NCBI RefSeq assembly: GCF_009914755.1
Contig: NC_060926.1
Origin: the human T2T-CHM13v2.0 reference genome, Homo sapiens
Length of the DNA stretch: 64,000 nucleotides
Direction: 5' to 3' (one strand)
The position numbers and the translations under genes were made by a program. Position 1 is the stretch's first letter. Each line of letters begins with the position of its first letter. Shown here piece by piece: positions 32,631-49,321 of this stretch. The notes below the pieces were generated by a model, which searched no databases, was not told where the DNA came from, and saw nothing but the letters and a program-made list of their open reading frames with translations.

Positions 32631-35600
32631 TTCATGTATGGGCACACATAGGCGATACAGGTCTGAGTCAAGAAAATTTGACATCACTTCCTAAACACAC
32701 ACACTCTCCTTTTTCTCCCCAAATAAAGCATCTATAAATGAATGTTGTTTCTGTGGTTAGACGTGTTTGGAGAATTTTATCTGCAGAATCTTCCAAACTG
32801 AACATTGTCTGATATTTACTTAGAAGAAATAAAAACTTCCATGAACTGAGTGAAAAATAGTTGTTCATGTATATCACTGATTGCTGTTCAGATCACTTAG
32901 AGCACAATGGATTTCAACCAGTCAAAGTGCAGCAATGCTCTGAGCAAAGGGTAGCCGCACACAAGGTGGTTCACTTAACGGCAGCTTCTGGCAAATTGCA
33001 GCTAAACTGCAGTTCCAGTTGACTTGGTAACTTACAAACAGCACACGCTGAATGGAAAAGGAATTGGTATACCATATTTAAAACAATGAGAATAATGATA
33101 GCAGTGCTTCCATTAATGCCAGATGCTGTGCTGAGTACATTTTCTTACTCTGTTCTTACTGTAACCTTCTGAATCATTAATGCCCCAGAGGTGGGGTGGT
33201 GACTAATGATAAACTGATAAGGGTATCCTTATGGTAAAAATGGCCATGACCTTGTTCCTGTAAAGTTGCTCCAGGGACTTCCCCACTCATAAGCGGACTT
33301 GGACTTTTCGCCGTAAGTCCTTTGCTATAAGTTCTACGCACATTCAACAGGGACACCTCTGTGTAGCAAGTTACCTAAATGAATATTCAGGCTGTTTTCA
33401 CTCTGGGAACTTGGTATGTGTAAATTTTCAGGTAATTTCCCTCATTTGAATAACTTCTTGAGTGAAAACAGGTCCTTCAAGTGCACATCCTGGAGCCCCG
33501 GGGCTGGCATAGCATCCTTATAAAGCAGAAACCTCAGGCTAACAGAGCCCAGTTATGTCCTGGGATGTTTGTATTCCTAGAGCCCAGCTCGAGACCAGGA
33601 AGTGCCTCCTAGGTTTTCCTGTTTCCATGTGGCCTTGGTTTGGATTCACAAGAAAAGGATTCAACAGAGTACAGTGCTGACTGTACCGGTTAAATTATGG
33701 CCTCTAAAGTCCAACCACTGGCCTTCCAATCCCAGCTCCATCACTTCCCAGCTATGTGACCTTGGCAAGCCCTCAACTCGGGAGCCTTAGTTTCTTCATC
33801 TGTAAAATGGATATAACAATAAAATCTATGTCCAAAGGCTGCTGTGAGTATTAACTGGGTGCTTAGTCAACCGGGAAACATTAGTCATTGGTATTGGGGG
33901 ATCAACGGTGGAGCTCTATGCAATCGATTCTCTTCTCAGGGGATGGGGTATGATGGCAACATCAGTCAACTGGGCTCAAGGGAATTACTTTGCGCTCAGT
34001 TCAGCACATGCTGTCTAATGAGCCATTGCCTATCTGCCAGCATTTGTTGAGAAATACAAAAAGAAAGAGAGGAGGTTTTTTTAGAGACCCACTTTTAAAA
34101 TACCCCCATCTGACCCCTTCAAAATGGAGGGCTGATGGGTAGCGTCCATTTTCCTTTTCTGTAGGCCCAACAAGCCCCACTAATGTTTCTTTTCTGATAA
34201 CTAAAGCAGGTTTCTCTCCCCACAGGGGCCTCTTTCTTTCCCCTGAACCAGAAGGGAAGATCCCCTTTCTCTTTTCAGTAATGGGCAAGAACAAAGTTCC
34301 ATTGACAACGTGAATGGAGCATTTCTTACCCTGGACTCTCTTCGCACTGCAGAGGCAGGGACCTTTTCTCTCCCGCTTGGCTTCTGAAGATTATGATTCA
34401 AGTCCTCTACAGGCGACTAGGGCAGCCCAGGAATCCTGATTCTGGCACGAACTGACCAAGGGAGGGAGGCTGCTTGGTTGCAGAGCCTCCATGCACAGAA
34501 GTCCACTTACCTGTGACTTCTGATATGTGCAACCCCGAGAATTTCCCCTGCTTCGCCTACTCTGGGCCTCCCCTAACCACCCAGTAGCATCCTCTCCTTT
34601 CACATGCTATTACCTTACCCTGCTTCATTTTCCTTTAGAGCACTTAGCATCACCTGGTCCATTATATTAATTTGTTTGTCTGTTCTCCCTCCCAACGGAA
34701 CATAAACCCCAGGAAAGTAGATGTTGTCTTGTTCATTGCTGAATCCCCAGTGTCTGGCACAGTGCCTGGTAAAGAGTAGATACTCAGTAAATATTCACTG
34801 AATGAATGAAGAAAGGCAGGCTGAAAGCTACTTCTGGTTTCCCTCTAAAATAAAAAAAAAATGTCTTTCTGATAAATGGATAACTAAAGTCAGGTTGCAA
34901 TGGTTTTGGGCTTTTAGAATGGCCTGAGTTTGGATCAGTCAATCAACTGATGCAATTTATGAGCGATCTTTTATAGCCCAGCAAAGTAGAGACACAGAAG
35001 GATATGACCTGGTCCCTGCTCTCTGAGCGCACAAAATTCAGCTCACAAATGACAGTGGAAAATGAACCGAGGTAAAAGAAAAAGTCTCCAACAACACGGA
35101 CAGCTGGAGGGCAGGTCTGCAGTTTCTCTGTTTTTCCTGGCATCTCTAAGGAAAGAGAAGCCAGGTATCCACCTGTCAGTGCCACAGCCACTGGTGGTAA
35201 GGGATGTGTGCCATTCAGGTGTCTAGCTTCTACATCCCTGGTGCTCTCTGTAGAGTATGCCCAGAAACCACACTGGTATTTCCAGGAAGTATACACCAAG
35301 TGCTGTTCTCTGTAGGTTTTGCCCCTTCTTTCTTTTCTATCATGCTGCTTCTTACAAATTAAAAAGCAAGTCAGGAAGCAATGTTAAAAATAATCAAACC
35401 ACAGCTAAAGGAAGGTACCTTCAAAAGAAGAAACGGGGGAAAAAAATTGAGTCGACTATTATTCCACAGTGCTTTATACTTGAGGCCCTGTGATTATTCA
35501 CTCTGTGAAACCCAGTGGAACCTGGGGGAGTTAATGGGGCCAATGTTACTTTTCTTTTGCATTACTTATGTGGGCTGTAAAAATGAGCTTTGGCTCCATG

Positions 35601-35793
35601 GCCAAAAGCGGAAAATGTCACACCATGGGGAGCGAAGAATGTGAATCAAAATGCAAAACCTACAGCTCCAGTTTTCCTACATTGTAAATGCTTATTGCTA
35701 TCAGGTAACTCCTCTCCGTAATCCAAAGCAGCTCCGGGCACCGCAGGGGCAGGGGAAGGGAAGATCTGAAGACTCTAAGTATGGACAGTATTG

Positions 35794-36092
35794 AGGCCAG
35801 ACACAGTTGCTCACACCTGTAATAGCAGCACTTTGGGAAGCCAAGGCAACAAGATCGCTTGAGGCCAGGAGTTCGAGATCAGCCTGGGCAACACAGCAAG
35901 ACCCTGGTCTCTACAAAAAATATTAAAAACAATAATTAGAAGGGCATGTTGGTGCATGCCTGTAGTCCTAGCTACTCTGGAGGATCACTTGAGCTCAGAA
36001 GTCGAAGGCTGCAGTGAGCCATGATTAGGCTGCTGCACTGTATTCCTGGGTGACACAGCAAGACCTTGTCTCAAAAAAAAAAAAAAAAAAAA
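35794..36092 (+). mobile_element. AluJ
   Basis: Diverged dimer with poly-A. Confidence 0.85.
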
Positions 36093-36593
36093 GAATGAAC
36101 AATATTGAGGGTCCCCAGCCACCCAGAGCTACCTGACTGAAACTGAGTGTTTAAGAGAGGATTTAGGGGCTTCTGAGAGAGGCTCTGTGCTCTAAGACTT
36201 GGGGCTAGGGAAAGCCGATCAGCAACGTGGGGGCTTGGGGAAGAAGGTAGCTTGCTTTGTGACCAGTTCAATTTTTTTGAGGGTCCCAGAATATTAAAAC
36301 ATGAAGAGATGTCAAAACAGGGCCTCCCCAAACTGTGGCATATTCTAAAATAATTAAACTTAACCAATATATTGTTTAATATTAAACTAATATTAAACAA
36401 TATACAAGTAAACAAAGAAAACACGGTAATTGCACTATTCACAATGTAGGTCCAAGACTTACTAAAAATATGAGTGCAATGCAGGTGGCAAGAATGGCAT
36501 GGGACATGACTGGCAACATCTTTTTTCTATTCTGTCAATGGATCTTTCTGACACTGCAGTAAGTCAGAGATATTGTCAAAAGTCTAAACCTAA

Positions 36594-36927
<334 letters not shown>

Positions 36928-37409
36928 TTAATTGAGGTCCTTTATGAATGGAAAGCCCTCCAGGGACAAAGCCACCACTGGCCATTCCATGATGTTGGTT
37001 ATTGCTAGTCCTGCTTTGCTCTCAAGCAAACAGGAGGCCTCCTCTTGGGGCCTTGCCTGCAGGCATGGAGGGTGGAGCAGTCTAAGATGACCTGGCAGCT
37101 TGCTGCTGGCTCCCTGGCTCCCTGGGGCCTCTCCAAACACCAGGGTTTGTCGGGGATATAGTCTCTGACTCACCACTAGTGATAAGACAGGCCAAGAACC
37201 TTTAAGCAAGTCAGACAGCATTCAGGGAGGTTTTAGATTCTTACCACTGGAAGTCTGATTCCAGAATTTGCAAGTTCCTTAACAAAACCGTTGTAGCTTT
37301 GACAGAACTGTAGTCATTCTGGGAGCCAAAACAGCAGAGACAACAATACACAGAATGCTGAACCTGCTGCATCAAAGTGAGGAAAGCTTTATCTCTGCCT
37401 CCTCATTGC

Positions 37410-38110
37410 TGCATCTATTTATTCATCCAACCAATATTTACTGAGCCCTTTCTAAGTGCCAAGTCTCACAGTGAGTGCTGGAGAAACAGTAGTGGACAAA
37501 CACAGACTTGGTCCCTTCCCGGAGGAGGCCTGCAGTGTATGGGGCTGGGGGGAAGGAAGAGGGGCCCTAACTGAAAATCACAAAGCAATGTAAGTAGCCA
37601 CAGCAGCAAATGCTATAAAGGAGAGGCCCATGGGGCTATGAGTACATATAATGAGGTCTGACATGTTTAGGCATGTCAGGAAAGGATCTCTGAAAAACAG
37701 ATATTAAGCTGGATCTGTTATGGTTGAGAAGGGAAAGTGGAGATGGAAGACCATTTTTACCAACAAAAATAGTGTGTGCAAAGGCCCTGTGGTGGGAGCC
37801 AGGAGAATGTAAAGAACTGAGAGGAAGTAGGGCTGGAGCAGAGTGGTGGGGACTTAGAATGGTGCCCAAGGCACTGGGGCACGGGGCAGAGGCCAGGGGG
37901 CGGCGGAGGGCAGGTGGGCGCTGCTGGGGGATGCTGGGCTAGGCTGGGAGAGACCTAGGGTGAGCAGGAAGGAGGCTGCCTGTGCAGGGCGTCTGAGCCT
38001 CTGAGGTTTTCTTTCATCCTAAGAGCAATGCAAAAGCTTAAGTAGGGGGAGGGAACTGGGGACATCTGAATCACATTTGGATTTTGAAGAGATTACTCTG
38101 GCTGCAGTGT
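37410..38110 (-). mobile_element. L2 fragment
   Basis: ttcatccaaccaatatttactgagcc...tgtgcaaaggccctgtgg...ttttgaagagattactctggctgcagtg. Confidence 0.65.
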
Positions 38111-38546
38111 TAACATCTCTAAAGGTAATTTCTGCTTTGCAAGTCCAATAAGCAGGATCAGTCTTCAGTCACTGGAAGCAGAAGCTGGTGCCTTGGCAGC
38201 CAGATCTGGGTTTGAATCCTGGCTTCATGCCTCACTTCTGGCATGGCCTTGGGCAGGCCAGCCTTTCAGAGCCTTAGTTTCCTCATATATAAAACAGCGG
38301 TAATAATACCTCTTTCTGCGTTGTTATGAAAGTTACGGAAATTAAAGTAAATAAGTAGTCTTGCTTGATACACAGCAAACTCTCCTTGGGATATTTTAAA
38401 GTAGAAACCAACTTTGATACTATGTATGGCATGAAACAGCTAACATCCAAAAGGGTTGTATAAACTTTCAGCTTGAGGAAAACATTCGCCTTCCTACAGG
38501 TCTATAGTTTGGAAATACTGCACCTACACTTGTCTCTCTCTCTCTC

Positions 38547-38915
<369 letters not shown>

Positions 38916-39240
38916 TAATCAACCAACCACTCATTCCACTGTTTGCATACATAAGGTGCTACAGCCATGCCTTCTGATTTTGGAATTTATCAGATGATAG
39001 ACCATGGAGAGATGAGCAACCAGAGAACAAACAAATGACAAAGGAGCACTGCAAATATAGAAACAAATAAGCCACTGGCTGTGGCGTGAGGGCATTTGTT
39101 GGTTATGAATAAGAGACTGCTGGGTGTCATATTTAGCCAGCATGGGGCTGGTCAGTAAGCCTTCTGTTTGGATCAGTCAAGAATTCAACATTGCTTTCAT
39201 CTCTTGAATGGCCCGGGGCCCTGTCAGAATATAACTCCAG

Positions 39241-41314
<2,074 letters not shown>

Positions 41315-42214
41315 TAGAATTTGCTTTAAAATAATAGGAGAGGGGATGGAGGGTTGAGGTATTTATAAAGCAAGATTAGCCATGGGCTTAATCATTGTTG
41401 AAAGTGGTCCATGGGCTCATGGTAGTTTGATATTTTCCATAATAGAAAAGTTTAAAAACATTCATTGGCCAATCTATCTGTCCATTTCTTTTAATATTAA
41501 AAACATTAATTATTATTAGTAGTATTATATTAATATGAAGTCTCACTTTGTTGATTCACCCAATCCCTTTCATGAGAGATGTGGAGGTTGGTCTTGGCTG
41601 TTAGGAAACGTAGATTCTAATCCATTCAACAGCCCAGTGATTTGAGAACTTCAGCTCTCTGGGTCTCCCTGTACTCCTTTGGAAAACGAGAGACGAAGTT
41701 GATTGTTGCAGTGGGGATTTGGGTCCTGCAGTCTGGCTGTCTGGGTTGGAATTGAGCTTCGCCATAGGTACCCTTGGGTAAATTTACTTAATCCCTCAGG
41801 GTTTCATCTTCCTGTTTTGTAAAATGTAAATAACAATAACGCTCACCTCGAAGGGTTGTTGTGAAGATTACATGAACGATTTCATGTATTCATTCCGTCA
41901 ACATTGAACACCTAGTCTCCAGCTCTGCGAGGGGAATGGGGTGGAGTGGCACAGAAAATACGGGGGCCAGGCTGTTTAGCGCCTAAAGGGAGAGTCCAGA
42001 TCACCCATGGTAAACACGAAATAAGATGCAGTATTTCAAATAGCTAGAACTGAGACGAAAATACAACGCAGCAATTTGATGGAGAGCAACTTCGAGAAAG
42101 GTGAGCTGCAACATTAACTCGGCTGATCTGGGACAGTCTGGCGGGGGAGGTGACATCTGAGCCCCACCTGACTTAGAGGATGTCAGCTATGGATGATCCG
42201 GGTTTCCACACGCA

Positions 42215-42400
42215 GCAGTTCTCAAGCCAGGTGACTGCACCGCCCTAAAGTTCCCTCCACTTTTGGCAATGTCTGGGGATTTTTGGTTGCCAGCAATGGG
42301 AATTGGGGGGTTTGTTCTTGTATCTAGTGGGTATAGGCTAGGAACGCCGCCCAGTATCCTACAGTGCACAGGACACCCCAAGCCCCCCCAAATTAGCTGG
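42215..42400. mobile_element. MER20 inserted in an L2 relic (~41880-42620), ~450 bp upstream of the promoter
   Basis: cagttctcaa...ttttggcaatgtctggggatttttggttg...atctagtgggtataggctagg...atcctacagtgcacaggaca. Confidence 0.7.
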
Positions 42401-42743
42401 CCCAAAGATAAAGAGAGAAGAGCAAGGGCAAAGGTCCTGCAGGAGTCAGAAAGGAGCTTGCTGTGTTCAGAAAACTCAAAATCCAGTGTGGCTGAGTGAG
42501 GACGACGAAGAATGAGGTAGACTGGGCTAGACTATGGAGCACTTTTTACGGCACGGTGAGGAATTTGGAATTATACTCAAAGCAGTGGAAAGCCCTTGAA
42601 GAGTTTTAAACAGAAGGGGAAGGTAACCCATGTGAAACGCTTTGCATATATAAGCGCTCAATAAATACTGTCTATTATTAATATTATTATCACCATTGTG
42701 TCTACCCTACTTGGCTCCAGACCCGGCCCATGCCTCAGCGAGG

Positions 42744-42778
42744 CCGCAGTGACTCCTCCTGGCCAGCAGAGGGCGCCA
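42744..42778 (+). promoter_or_regulatory. CTCF binding site (core plus possible upstream motif)
   Basis: TGGCCAGCAGAGGGCGCCA (42760-42778) is near the CTCF core consensus; CCGCAGTGAC 6 nt upstream resembles the ZF9-11 upstream motif. Confidence 0.8.
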
Positions 42779-42818
42779 GCGGACACTTGGCTACCGGCCG
42801 CCCAGGGCGGGCCTCCTC

Positions 42819-42874
42819 TTGCCGTCCCCTTCCTCGTCTTTTCCCCTCAGGAGAAGTCGGGAAGGTGGCGGCGG
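42819..42874 (+). ncRNA. MIR5703: MIR5703 annotated hairpin (mature AGGAGAAGUCGGGAAGGU, 42849-42866)
   Basis: Matches my recollection of hsa-mir-5703 at the AGFG1 5' end; the pyrimidine-rich 5' arm can pair with the purine-rich 3' arm. Annotation recalled, not verified. Confidence 0.7.
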
Positions 42875-43108
42875 CGGCGGCGGTTGTCCCGGCTGTGCCG
42901 GTTGGTGTGGCCCGTCAGCCCGCGTACCACAGCGCCCGGGCCGCGTCGAGCCCAGTACAGCCAAGCCGCTGCGGCCGGGTCCGGCGCGGGCGGCGCGCGC
43001 AGACGGAGGGCGGCGGCCGCGGCCAGGGCGGCCCGTGGGACCGCGGGCCCCCGGCGCAGCGCTGCCCGGCTCCCGGCCCTGCCGGCCTCCTCCCTTGGCG
43101 CCGCGGCC
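42850..43108 (+). other. AGFG1: AGFG1 GC-rich 5' UTR (TSS approximate)
   Basis: ATG-free GC-rich leader upstream of the start codon; the exact TSS cannot be read from sequence. Confidence 0.6.
42867..42883 (+). repeat. (GGC)5 microsatellite in 5' UTR
   Basis: GGCGGCGGCGGCGGCGG read directly. Confidence 0.9.
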
Positions 43109-43275
43109 ATGGCGGCCAGCGCGAAGCGGAAGCAGGAGGAGAAGCACCTGAAGATGCTGCGGGACATGACCGGCCTCCCGCACAACCGAAAGTGCTTCGA
43201 CTGCGACCAGCGCGGCCCCACCTACGTTAACATGACGGTCGGCTCCTTCGTGTGTACCTCCTGCTCCGGCAGCCT
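43109..43275 (+). CDS. AGFG1: AGFG1 (HRB/RIP) coding exon 1: N-terminal ArfGAP domain with C4 zinc finger
   Basis: ATG in strong Kozak context (GCGGCCATGG) inside a CpG island. Translates to MAASAKRKQEEKHLKMLRDMTGLPHNRKCFDCDQRGPTYVNMTVGSFVCTSCSGS(L), the ArfGAP CxxC-x16-CxxC motif. Donor CT|GTGAGT, phase 2, 167 coding nt. Confidence 0.97.
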
Positions 43276-46200
43276 GTGAGTGCGGGGCGGCCGGGCGGGT
43301 GTCGGGCCCTTCCCGGGAGGTGGGGGAGCGGGCGGCGGGACCGGGACCCTTCCGGGGCTGGGAAAGAGCCGGGTGCCGTGGGAGGCGGTCGGGGGCGGCC
43401 GTTGGGCGCCGGCTGGCGGGCGCGGCGTGGGAGGCTGCGGGCTGGATGCGCAGGGCCCGGGCAGCCGGGCTGGGGATGCGTTTTCGGTTTTGCCGGGCGA
43501 GGGTTTACGTTCTGGGCAGCCTTCGTGGGTGGGACGTGGGCGGGGTTGGGGTCAGGGAGGGGGCGACCGGGGCGAGCGTCCCTGGTCTCCGTCGAGCCTG
43601 CGGCCGCCGCCCTCGCTCTCCAGCTACCCGGGGCGCCGGGCTGTTGGGGGTGGGGGAAGACGCTAGGAGGCCGGGGGGGAGGTCCATGCGGGTCCTTTGT
43701 GTGCCCCGCCTCTCAGCGGCCCGGGAGCGGCGGTGCGGAGCGAGGCACCTGCTGGGCGCTCCTGCTGGGGGTCGGGGAGAAGCTGGGGTGGGAGGGAGGG
43801 ACGCCTGCCTCGCCCGTGCCTTTTTTCTGGGTCGAGAGTACCTACGTAACTGGGAGGAAGCAGGCACTTAGGAATAGTAGCAGGATGAAAGCATCTTGAT
43901 GGCAGATGTGAATCCCCTGGGAAAAGTTCGAAAGGATTAATTGCGGGAGGGGGAGGCAGAGGAGCAGATTTGAAGCTGTGGGATTTTAGTTTTATGGTCC
44001 GAAGAGAGTGTTGAGGAGTTGGGGGAAAGTTTTAATGGCAATAAGGTACCCACTAGGAGCTGTGTGATTCTAAATATGATGGAGTTATCTGTGAGATTTA
44101 TCTGTATCTCGCTATCAATACCCGAGTGCCCTGGCTGTACACAGAAATGAGGAGAGCTAGCAAGTCACCATGATTTCTGAAAGACACTACCGTCCTGAGT
44201 TACTGGGATGATTTGTGTTTGTTGTTCTTTGCTTCATTAAGCTTTATTTTGATAAAGATTTTTATTGCCGTGCAATTTCATTCGGAAAATTTGCAGGTGG
44301 TTTTGGAATTGATAAAATGCTTTTATATTATTATCTTGTATTTAAAGTTACTAACAACGTGGCAGTTACTAAGTATTTTTAAAACCTTTGCTTGTAAGAT
44401 TAATACAAAGCACATAATACTTTATGTGGGAAAATTGATTTCTTAAAACTTAGAAAATGCAGAACATGTCTAGTATGTACTATTTGCTTTTTAAAGTTGG
44501 GCAAAGAGGCATTATTAGTATTACATGAGTGTTATTTCTTCAGCAGACATTTTTTTTGGTGCCTATTAGGTTGTGTAAGGCCCTGGGGTGTGCCAGTAAA
44601 TATAGCAAAGTCTTGTTCTCTTGCTTCTTACAGTCCAGTGGGGATGCAAAAGTAAGAAAAATGTCTTGGGCAAGTACTATGCTGAACATGAAAATTGTTT
44701 GATAGGAGAGTGCTCATGGTTACTTTTAGGCTGTGTGGCCAGGGAGACACTCTGAGAAGTTGCCAGTTAATAATATTCTCGAATTACTACAGAATCACAG
44801 AGCTAGGTGATATCAAGGAGGTAGCCTGGTTCATGCATTTCATTTACAGAAAAAGGAGTTAAGCTAGAAAGTTGTTACTTACGTTGGACAATATTGGTTC
44901 CAAAATGAAGCCAATAGAACAATTGTAATTGTATTTGATTTTTATTACATGGTTAAGATGTATGTCCTGCTTTTACTAAACACAGGTCCTTTAATCCATG
45001 TAAAGTATTTGATTTGGAAAAAATACATATATTTACACTTCCGGATTTCTGACATTTCTGTGTAGTCCCTGTAAGTACAGCAGCAAATGTGTAATATCAA
45101 GGACATATTTTCAAATTTCTTCCTAGATACCACATTTCAGAAACATTGTGCATAAAAGGATATCTCAGTATAATGACAATTATTTATCTTAATGGAACTT
45201 AATCTGTGGCAGATAGGACTTTATTTCTCTATTGAGTCATTCCACAAATATTTATTGCCTACTTGTCCTGTGTCATAAGTTACCTGGATCTTAACTGTTC
45301 TATGGAGCGTGCCTTGTAAGTATGTAAACGTAGAGTTACAATATATTGTAGTATTTCCTTTCTGTGAATGAGATAGCCAGGAAATATGTAAATGATACAG
45401 CTTCTCTGGGAGTTGATGCCTGAGCAAAGACCTTTAACGAGAAATTCTGCTTCATATGTTTGAAAGATCAAGTACTTATGAGCTAGGTACACATGGCTTT
45501 GAATCCTGACTCCAAGTATTAGTTATACGGTATTGAGAATGTCACTCAATCTATTTGAGCTTGATTTTTCTCTTATATGAAACAGTGAGGATAAGATTTC
45601 CCTTGTAGGTTTTGGATGTAGATTTGTTTTCAGTATTAAAAATAATGTATGTTAAACATCTCACGTAATGCCTGGTATATAGCAAGTGCCCTATAGATGA
45701 GAAGCATCAAGGAAGAGGACATGCCATGAGTAAGGGAACAGTACTGTATGTGAAAGATATTAAATAAGAAATATCCTAATAAAAATCTGTCACTTTGGAT
45801 TTTATGGTTGTAACTCAAAACCGGAATCTAATTGGTTTAAAAATATGAAGGGTTTATTGATTGATTTTAAAGTAAAACTATACAGTGGCTTAATAATATT
45901 GCCTAGATTTTCCTCATTCGAGCATGGTTGTCCCCAGCTCCTGGGTATACTGCCTTAATTATGTCGTTGGTCCAATACTTTCAGAAGTTCTGCATTTCCC
46001 TCTGATTGGGTTAGCTTAGATCATGCCACAACTGGACACATGTTCTAACCTGACTTCATTGTCACAAGGATCCCCAAATAGAGTTCCCAAATCTGAAATC
46101 TAGAATTCTTGGGATGTAGGGAATGAAGACTAGAGTGGCAACCATCAAATGTCTACTGCAGAACGTTGGAGGGACAATAGCTTCTGAAGATTTTTTTCTT

Positions 46201-47543
46201 TGACAAGCAATAGTGCAGGAAAATAATTTAGGAAGAATAATATAACTCTTGGGTTTAATAATTATGTATCTGATGTTTAGATGACATGGTATAATTGAAA
46301 GAATATGAATTTTGAAGTCAGATTTTGACAATGCTACTAGCTTCGTGGCTTAGGGCAAGGTGTTATGCTAGGCCACTACATGCAGATTGGCCCAGATCCA
46401 TCCTTGTAGCCTCAGTTTCTTTATTTATGTTAAGAAGATATCATATAGCTCAGGGTTGTTAAGAGGATTCAATGATACACATCGTTACTGTATTTACTTA
46501 TTGAGCACATACCGTATTTGAGGATAGGGCTAAGCACTGGAGTTACAAATATTGAAATAAGGCATGCTAGCTGCCGTTCCTTGATTTACCTGGAAAATAT
46601 GAATACATAGCAAATAGTATCCACTATCATGAATTCTAAATTTTAGGATAGTGACATACCTTCTATCATTTATACTAATACCTTTTTTTAAAATAAATTG
46701 AACTAGCATCTTGTTGTTAATGTTACTAGACTTGGAGCTAATCTTTCTTGTTTCTTTTTTTTCAGATGACTGTCCTATATGCTTGAATGATGTTCATTCA
46801 GAGTGTAACTGAATTTAGATTGTAAAACTTTAAAATGAACTTCAGAGTTAGATGCAGTTAAACTATTTGTTACTGAGGCAGAATGATGAAGGCATCCTAA
46901 CTGATTGGTTTGTCACTATCTTTCACTGTCTTTCTGGTTGTATTTATGGAAATCCCTAAAATTCTGAATGGACACTTCAGACATTTAAAATATAGCCAAC
47001 AGTAAAAATGGCCTTCATGTTAAATAACTTCTAGTTGATTTAAAGACTAGTTTTAGACTAAATTATTTGTTTTATGGAGACTATAAACATTAGTATAATT
47101 GATATGTAATATAAAAGATTGTCCTAGCCTTAAAAAGTGATCCATAAATTTTTCAGTGAGGGTTTAGATAAAATAAAAAATAACATTTGAGAAAGAGGTT
47201 GCCACTTTAATACCATCTATTTTATGTGGACAGTGCATTTAAGCTTGAAATTTCACAGGTAATAAATGTAGCTGGATAGTAACTTATATTCTGTTGATTC
47301 TGTGTACATTGACTCTTGAGATGAATGTTACAAGAATTTTAATTTTTTTTAGATGACAGATGAAAAGAGGTATTTAATGTTTTTATACAATTAGTAGCAT
47401 TAGGATGGATTGCAAATCAGATGCTCTTTTGGAGCTCTGTGTATAATATTCAGGACCTTGTGAGGTCACAGTGAGCAGGGATTTATATTCTTAATTCCTT
47501 TTTTACTTTTTTTGGATACTCTGATATGGCCACATTCAGTTAA

Positions 47544-49321
<1,778 letters not shown>

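Larger units (their letters stand above)
42720..43850. promoter_or_regulatory. CpG island / TATA-less promoter of AGFG1
   Basis: Sharp switch to very high GC and dense CpG spanning exon 1; GC boxes (GGGCGG at 42805 and others); G-tract-rich start of intron 1. Confidence 0.93.

Noticed and set aside
42698-43899. Many long overlapping ORFs on both strands (110-215 aa) across the CpG island
   Set aside because: Stop-codon scarcity in very GC-rich DNA gives low-complexity G/A/R/P peptides; only 43109-43275 has a recognisable domain and splice partner.
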